64,000 bases of DNA. Source: Syntrophorhabdaceae bacterium (GTDB lineage Bacteria; Desulfobacterota; Syntrophorhabdia; Syntrophorhabdales; Syntrophorhabdaceae). Made by a program: the position numbers and the translations under genes. The stretch lies in the NCBI GenBank assembly GCA_963666485.2, contig CAXXUO010000001.1, forward strand, positions 64,001 through 128,000, given 5' to 3'. Positions within the stretch are counted from its first letter, which is position 1, and every line of letters begins with the position of its first letter. The notes under the pieces are model-generated. The model saw only the letters and a program-made list of their open reading frames with translations, had not been told where the DNA came from and did no database searches. Below, in pieces: positions 58,238 to 64,000 of the stretch.

Positions 58238-59405
58238 TCATTGACGGCATATTTCCAGGAGGGCCTGGACCCGCGTAAGTATCTGGCCCGCATCTCCCTG
58301 GGAATAGTCTGTTTCTATCTTTAGGAAGGGCAATCCATGTTTCTTCTGAACATGTTCTCCCACCTTGTATGACTCGACATTATATGTGTGGCACGCCTGG
58401 AGGACGACATCGACCACGGCATCAGGCTTGAACCTCTCCACCATCGAGTCGATCGCATCCAGTCTTCGTGTATTAGGTGTCATACAGGAGCAAGGGATAG
58501 TAAGGTAATGCGCCGCTATCGCCCGGACAGGATCCTCTGTGCCTTCTTCAAACCCGTGCATGTATGGTTTCATTCCCATGCATGAGTCCGGGGCAACGAC
58601 CACACCCGCCGGCTTCTTCGATGATCTTGAAAACCTTTGCGGCATCCCCCGCAATAGGGCAGCCCGTTACCATCACTCTCGGCCAGGTTTCCGGCCTGTA
58701 CGCATAACCATCCGACAGCCTCGCATCGAGCTTTCTGAAAATGTCCTCGAAAACAGGGAGCATCTCTTTCCCGGACATACCCTGGGCCACAAAGAAGAGG
58801 TCGTACAATTCCTGCCAGCCGACAATTGACGGCTTGAGCGCCAAATAGTCGAATACGCGATTCATGAGACCGATTTTCATATTCGATTCCCGTATCGCTG
58901 CCTCGATCCTCTCCTTGTCAGCTGCTTTCCCGAATTGCATCTCAAGGAACCGTATCAGCTTCCCTATCATGTTTGTCCAATTATCGAGCGCTTCCGGCTC
59001 GTCGGGAATCTGCGGGAGGTCCATGACATGCATCGGTTTATGTGATCTTATAAGCTCAAACATCTTTTTCTTGCCGTCGCATGTCGTTTCGGCGACGACA
59101 GCGTCCGATAATCCGAAGAAAGGGCATGTGTCGGTAATAATATACCCGTAGCTGGATTTTATGAGGGAACAAAGATTGCCCGGCAGTACGGCTTCCGCTT
59201 TTTCGATTGGAGTATTTGAAAAAGCACAGAGGACCGCCGGAACATGGCCCATGGCACGGATGATCTCGACCGGGGCATACGTGCAGTATACTCCCACGAT
59301 CTTGACATCTTTGGTTCTTTGCGACTGGAGGTATGCCAGAAGTCTTTTGGTTGGTACATCGCCGGTATATTCGTCATCAAAAAGAGGTTCTCTATTAGTG
59401 TTCAT
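58238..59405 (-). pseudogene. Double-cubane cluster protein / 2-hydroxyacyl-CoA dehydratase D-like reductase with a 1-nt frameshift
   Basis: ORFs 58548-59405 and 58238-58654 join as ..KIIEEAGG|VVVAPDSCMG.. if one C of 58605-58607 is removed. Motifs YCTYAP, NLCSLIKSSYG, ETTCDGKKKM, CSCMTPN, ACHTY, IETDYS. Confidence 0.8.
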
Positions 59406-59918
59406 TTTTTCTCCTCGTATGTCCTGTACTTTTAAGGAACCGGATAAATATCATTCTGCCACCAGGCACATTGCCCCATGTTCCTGTTTCGTTTTTCGTG
59501 ATGTAATCTCGGCCGGGAAGGCAGAATTTTACGGGTGATGAGGAGGATACCAGACCGGTACCCCATGATGTAAATCAGGAGGGAAAAAAATATTACTTAT
59601 TTTACCTGTCTCTTCTCTCGTCATTATTCTATTTCAGAAATTCCTGGTTATTATAACATAGCGCTTCGACCATGTCATTATAAGCTGATTGCATTTTCGT
59701 CATAAGGCTGCCTAGGTTTATTGACCTTTCCGGTCCCGTGGTTCAGCTTCGGTGTTTCGGGGGTATTAATACCATAGAGCCTCACTTTCAATTTTGTCCT
59801 GTCCGCACGCCGCGAAGTGCGAAACGAAATAATTGACACAGAAATACAGGTTTATCTTGACGGGACGCCCCAAGAGACATAATCTTAGCTACACTTTATA
59901 AGACTATTCAGGTTTCCT

Positions 59919-60341
59919 ATGATGAAAACAAAGAAAAACCCCCAAATAGTTACAGCCGCTATAATCGAGAAAGATGGCAGGGTCCTCATCGGAAAAAGAA
60001 AAGAAGGGAAACATCATGCGGGGAAATGGGAATTCCCCGGCGGCACCCTTGAAGAGGGTGAAACGTATGAAGAATGCCTGAAACGTGAGCTTCAGGAGGA
60101 GCTCGCCGTGGATGCAGAGATCGGCGAACTGTACTGCATTGGCGAGCACGTTCTTACGCCGGAATGGACGATCAGGTTGTTGGCGTACCGTGTCGACAGG
60201 GTCTCGGGTGTTCTCACCCCGGAAGAGCACGAAGAGTTAAAATGGGTCCGGATAAAGGAGCTTGCCGACTACGAATTTCCGGAGGCGGACAGGCCGATCG
60301 TCGAAAAATTGATCTCCGAGTGTGACACCCGGGGCCTTTAG
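59919..60341 (+). CDS. NUDIX hydrolase (MutT/NudG-like)
   Basis: WEFPGGTLEEGETYEECLKRELQEEL Nudix box. Confidence 0.92.
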   Translation: MMKTKKNPQIVTAAIIEKDGRVLIGKRKEGKHHAGKWEFPGGTLEEGETYEECLKRELQEELAVDAEIGELYCIGEHVLTPEWTIRLLAYRVDRVSGVLTPEEHEELKWVRIKELADYEFPEADRPIVEKLISECDTRGL

Positions 60342-60404
60342 ACGGCAATAGATCTTTCAACTTGGGCTTTACCGGGAAGCAGTAATTATATTACGATACA
60401 CATT

Positions 60405-61061
60405 ATGCAGCTTCATATATATGGCCCGGGTGGACCTTACACGCCCATGATGGAGTCGGCCCTCGCGTATTTCCAGAGGACCGGGATCGAGGTTTTCGTC
60501 ATGATGGGGACGCCGGACCAGTGGATGCCATTCGCCCGCGCGAGCGCCGACTGCATCTACGGGGGTGCGGAATACATGATGACCGACCTTGCGGCGGAAT
60601 ATCCCGATATGATCGACACGGCATCAATAACAGGTCTTCACTCGCGCGAGATCGGCATAATTGTCAGGCCGGGAAATCCTCTCGGTATATCATCGCTCGC
60701 CGACCTCGGCCGCAAAAATGCCAGGATACTCGATATACGCCTCGAAAAAATGGAAGAACTGCAGGAACTGGCATCGATAGACCCCGATGCAGTCTCCCTG
60801 ACAGTGATGACAGGCAAGGAGGGATACGACGCCTGGCCATTGAGACCGGATATCGATGCCTGGATCACGTACCGGTCATGGCATGTCAAAATGACGGATA
60901 CTTCCGATTTTGTCCGGCTCCCGCCCGCGGAAATAGCGTTTCGAAAAACCCCTATCGCTATCACGAGAAACTCTTCAAAACCCTCCGAGGCCCAGAAATT
61001 TATAGAGTTTCTCAAATCCAAACCGGGCCATGCCATTTTTCAAAAATGGGGCTGGGAATAG
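60405..61061 (+). CDS. AcfC/PEB3-like substrate-binding protein without a signal peptide
   Basis: YGPGGP, YGGAEYMM, IIVRPGNP, DAWIT..W and IFQKWGW motifs. Confidence 0.75.
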   Translation: MQLHIYGPGGPYTPMMESALAYFQRTGIEVFVMMGTPDQWMPFARASADCIYGGAEYMMTDLAAEYPDMIDTASITGLHSREIGIIVRPGNPLGISSLADLGRKNARILDIRLEKMEELQELASIDPDAVSLTVMTGKEGYDAWPLRPDIDAWITYRSWHVKMTDTSDFVRLPPAEIAFRKTPIAITRNSSKPSEAQKFIEFLKSKPGHAIFQKWGWE

Positions 61062-61070
61062 AGCGGGATC

Positions 61071-61586
61071 ATGATCATACCTTTTTGCGGCAAACATCCA
61101 AAGATCGATCCAACGGCTTTCGTCGTCGGCAATGCCGCGATCATAGGTGATGTCGAGATAGGCCCCCGGGCGAACATATGGTTTCAATGCACCGTGCGGG
61201 GCGACACGAATTATATCCGCATCGGTGCCCGCTGCAACATACAGGACGCCTGCGTCCTTCACGTGGTGAAGGACCGGTACCCCGTTATTCTCGAAGATGA
61301 TGTCGTGCTCGGTCATCGCGTCGTTGTCCATGGATGCCGTGTGGGCCGCGGTGCCCTCATCGGTATCGGGGCCATCGTCCTTGACGGCGCCGAGATAGGT
61401 GAAGGGTCCATCATCGGGGCAGGTTCGGTCGTGAGCCCGCAAACGGTCATTCCCCCGCGCAGCCTTGCGCTCGGCACGCCCGCCAGGGTCGTGCGCAGCA
61501 TCGAACAGAGGGACGTCGCCCTCATCGAGGACATAGCGGGGCAGTATCTCGACCTGATGGAACTCTACAGGGGAACCGGGGCCTAA
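61071..61586 (+). CDS. Gamma carbonic anhydrase family protein
   Basis: IIGDVEIG, VRGD, NIQDACVLH, GHRVVVHGC and hexapeptide repeats. Confidence 0.92.
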   Translation: MIIPFCGKHPKIDPTAFVVGNAAIIGDVEIGPRANIWFQCTVRGDTNYIRIGARCNIQDACVLHVVKDRYPVILEDDVVLGHRVVVHGCRVGRGALIGIGAIVLDGAEIGEGSIIGAGSVVSPQTVIPPRSLALGTPARVVRSIEQRDVALIEDIAGQYLDLMELYRGTGA

Positions 61587-61750
61587 AGATCCTTGCATGG
61601 CGGGACACCGCCCGGGCAGGCCCACAAAAGCACTTGCAAACGGAACACCGGCTATAGGAAAATAGATGAAGGCTATTGCCTTGCTACTGTAATGTAAGGA
61701 GGCTCGCACTAACTGTGAAAATAGATGAAAGAAAACAGTCACCCCGCACA

Positions 61751-62245
61751 ATGTTCCCCCGTCCTTTCCTGTACTTACTGGCCATGATACTGTGCCTCGT
61801 ATGGTTCGCCGGCGACGCCTGTGCCGAGCGGGCTTCCGGCCCGGCTGAAAAAAAGCAGGGCCTCTCTGAAATGGACAGGTTGGCCCAGGAAAAGAACGAT
61901 GTCAGGCAGGCACGTTTAAAACTCCTGCAGGACGAAGGCACCTACCAGGTCCAGTATTTCAAACCTGTCGACAGGCTGCGCAGACAGCTCGATCTGGAGG
62001 AAAGCGACCTGTATGCGGAATGTTCGAACGGCAAGGACCTGAAGGCCCCGAAGCACGGCTTCTGCATAGCCGAACTCAACAGGTTCAACGACAACGTAAA
62101 ATATTACAATGAACGTGTCGATGCACTGAAAGCGGGACTTGTCGGCCACAAACAGGAATTTGCCGCGAAAATGGACGATCTCGACAAGAAAGAGCGGGAG
62201 ATAGACCGCAAGATAACCTTGCTAAAAGAAAAGAAGCAACGCTAA
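61751..62245 (+). CDS. Hypothetical exported coiled-coil protein
   Basis: Hydrophobic signal-like N-terminus and a charged helical body. Start uncertain. Confidence 0.6.
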   Translation: MFPRPFLYLLAMILCLVWFAGDACAERASGPAEKKQGLSEMDRLAQEKNDVRQARLKLLQDEGTYQVQYFKPVDRLRRQLDLEESDLYAECSNGKDLKAPKHGFCIAELNRFNDNVKYYNERVDALKAGLVGHKQEFAAKMDDLDKKEREIDRKITLLKEKKQR

Positions 62246-62263
62246 TAACCTTTCCGGTGCTTT

Positions 62264-62476
62264 ATGAACAGGAAAATATCCTGCGATTGCAGGCAGGGGC
62301 AGGAAAAGATCGATTGTTTTGCCTGCCGCCATTTTTACATAACGTACGATAAAGGATTCCCCTACGGCTGCGGGGCAATGGGGTTCAAATCCCGGGTTAT
62401 CCCGTGCCGCGAAGTGTATTCCAGTTCGGGCTTTGACTGCCAGTCATTTGCTTCGAAAAAGGCAAGGTCCCTTTAA
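62264..62476 (+). CDS. Small conserved Cys-rich protein
   Basis: CFACRHFYITYD..FPYGC..MGFKS..PC..V..SSG..C pattern. Confidence 0.75.
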   Translation: MNRKISCDCRQGQEKIDCFACRHFYITYDKGFPYGCGAMGFKSRVIPCREVYSSSGFDCQSFASKKARSL

Positions 62477-62559
62477 AACACGTTAAATCGGGTAGCGCAA
62501 AGGAAAAAGATGCTTACATTTATCGCATAATGAAGTAAAAACCAAAAGGAGGCATAATT

Positions 62560-63174
62560 ATGGAAGACCAAAAATTGTATGCTTTACCCGACCTGCCCTA
62601 TGCATACGATGCCCTCGCTCCGTACCTGTCAAAAGAGCTCGTGACTTTGCATCACGACAAGCACCACGCGGCGTATGTCAATGGCGCAAATGCGATCCTT
62701 CAGAGGCTGGACAAGGCGAAGGCCGACGGTGCAGATTTCGACACCAAGGCCACATACAAGGAAATGTCGTTTCATATAGGCGGTCACCTGCTCCACTACA
62801 TCTTCTGGGAAAATCTGGCCCCGGCCGGCAAGGGCGGCGGCGGCGCGCCGACAGGTGTTCTTGCCCAGCTTATCGACAGGGAATACGGCTCGTTCGACCG
62901 TTTCAAGAAATTATTCTCGGCGGCCGCGACCAGCGTCGAAGGCTCCGGCTGGGCAACCCTCACATTCTGCAAGCTGACGAACAGGCCGATCATCATGCAG
63001 GTTGAAAAACATAACGTCAACGTATACCCGATGTTCAGGATCCTGATGGCGCTCGACGTCTGGGAACACGCCTACTATCTCGACTACAAGAACGACCGGG
63101 CAAAATTCGTAGAGGCCTACTGGAACATCGTGAACTGGGGGGCGATCAGCAAGAGTCTGGAAGAGGTGCTGTAA
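62560..63174 (+). CDS. sod: Fe/Mn superoxide dismutase
   Basis: [24 protein letters not shown] and DVWEHAYY motifs. Confidence 0.96.
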   Translation: MEDQKLYALPDLPYAYDALAPYLSKELVTLHHDKHHAAYVNGANAILQRLDKAKADGADFDTKATYKEMSFHIGGHLLHYIFWENLAPAGKGGGGAPTGVLAQLIDREYGSFDRFKKLFSAAATSVEGSGWATLTFCKLTNRPIIMQVEKHNVNVYPMFRILMALDVWEHAYYLDYKNDRAKFVEAYWNIVNWGAISKSLEEVL

Positions 63175-63227
63175 ACAAAAGTTCCAGGTTCCACGTTCCA
63201 GGTTCCACGTTAAAGACAAGAAATTTC

Positions 63228-63256
63228 AGCCGGGGTCTTCGGATCCCGGCTTTTTT
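63228..63256 (+). terminator. Rho-independent terminator
   Basis: GCCGGGGTC-TTCG-GATCCCGGC followed by T6. Confidence 0.85.
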
Positions 63257-63329
63257 GTACTTCCTTTGGGTCAATTAATTTTCTTAAATGCCACATCAAC
63301 TTAGACAAAAATCATACAATGATACCAGC

Positions 63330-63427
63330 CGTCATTCCGGCTTGCCGGAATCCAGTGGCTTTGCAGTTTCTCTTTCCCAAAAACATTAAAGCCACTGGAT
63401 TCCGCCGCTAAAGCCGGCGGAATGACG
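63330..63427. repeat. Inverted pair of CGTC palindromes
   Basis: CGTCATTCCGGCTTGCCGGAATCCAGTGGCTTT ... AAAGCCACTGGATTCCGCCGCTAAAGCCGGCGGAATGACG. Confidence 0.88.
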
Positions 63428-63458
63428 CTATTTGGTTGAGATATAGCTCAACCGTGTT

Positions 63459-64000
63459 TTAGGGTATTCTCTTTTTGAGATAGGCTTTGCGGGCCAGGAT
63501 GATCCCGTACACAAACAGAAGCAACGTGAGTATGAATGCTGCTACGGGAATGAGGATCGAAAGGAGGGAAACAACAAGGGACGCAACGAGTTCCAGGCTG
63601 GCGACAATGAAATTTGCGAGTCCGCCGGTGAAGAGGGTGGACTTTGCGCGCAGCGCAACCGTTGCGCCCTGGAGCAGGCCTGCTATCCCGCCCCCGGCAA
63701 TGATCGAGATCGTCCATTTCAAGGAGGGGGGGATATCGGTTATCAGGGAGGCTGAAGCTATGGTGCCTGCAATGATGCTGACCGGCGACGCGATCGTATC
63801 CATGACGTTGTCGAGCCAGGGCACATAATAGGCAATTATCTCAAGTACGGTCGCGAGACCGAATGCAACCGTTACCTGTCTGCCCGCGATCCATTCAAAT
63901 CCCGGCGCCAGACTGATATACCCGAACATCGATGCAAGGTTGAGAGCGAGAAGCGGCAGGAAGATCCGGAAACCACAGGCTGCACTGAGCCCGATACCTG
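63459..64000 (-). CDS. DUF4126 domain membrane protein (5' end lies outside the window)
   Basis: Frame open to the window edge: GIGLSAACGFRIFLPLL, EIIAYYVPWLDNVMD and TGGLANFIV motifs. Confidence 0.85.
   Translation of the reverse strand, partial: GIGLSAACGFRIFLPLLALNLASMFGYISLAPGFEWIAGRQVTVAFGLATVLEIIAYYVPWLDNVMDTIASPVSIIAGTIASASLITDIPPSLKWTISIIAGGGIAGLLQGATVALRAKSTLFTGGLANFIVASLELVASLVVSLLSILIPVAAFILTLLLFVYGIILARKAYLKKRIP

Noticed and set aside
59700..59800. Minus-strand CTATGG..CCGAAAC..GGAAAGGTC, reminiscent of a Moco/Wco riboswitch upstream of the double-cubane gene
   Set aside because: I could not build the required stems by eye, and it lies ~300 nt from the start codon. An Infernal search with the Rfam Moco model would be needed.
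62264..62476. Possible uracil-DNA glycosylase label for the Cys-rich 70-aa protein
   Set aside because: It is far too short and lacks UDG catalytic motifs, so it was left as a conserved Cys-rich protein.

Overview
This is a GC-rich, gene-dense chromosomal window. Gene content suggests an anaerobic, probably aromatic-degrading syntrophic Desulfobacterota such as a Syntrophorhabdus relative; that assignment is inference only. Housekeeping genes include rsmA, tsaD, a SurA/PpiD-like chaperone, mreBCD-mrdA-rodA, ruvX-mltG, fbp, glutamine synthetase III and a superoxide dismutase. Accessory blocks are an autotransporter, an hdrC-hdrB-wHTH-hdrA(L)-mvhD-metV-metF operon, a lexA/imuY/small ORF/dnaE2 mutagenesis cassette, a four-gene class I benzoyl-CoA-reductase-like operon and a frameshifted double-cubane reductase. 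Several signals are missed by the ORF track. (1) Two in-frame TGA codons are each followed by a SECIS-like hairpin: one in an exported 11-heme cytochrome c next to an exported rhodanese, and one in MvhD. (2) A family of CGTC-ended palindromic repeats occurs as inverted pairs at five loci. One pair brackets an AT-rich GIY-YIG nuclease gene inside the hdr operon, and tandem duplications (3x100 bp, 4x19 bp) sit at repeat ends. (3) Heptamer tandem repeats recur next to stop codons. (4) GAAC-N4-GTTC SOS boxes lie in apparently leaderless promoters. I recognised no rRNA, tRNA, CRISPR array or IS transposase. All calls come from reading the sequence; no database searches were run.
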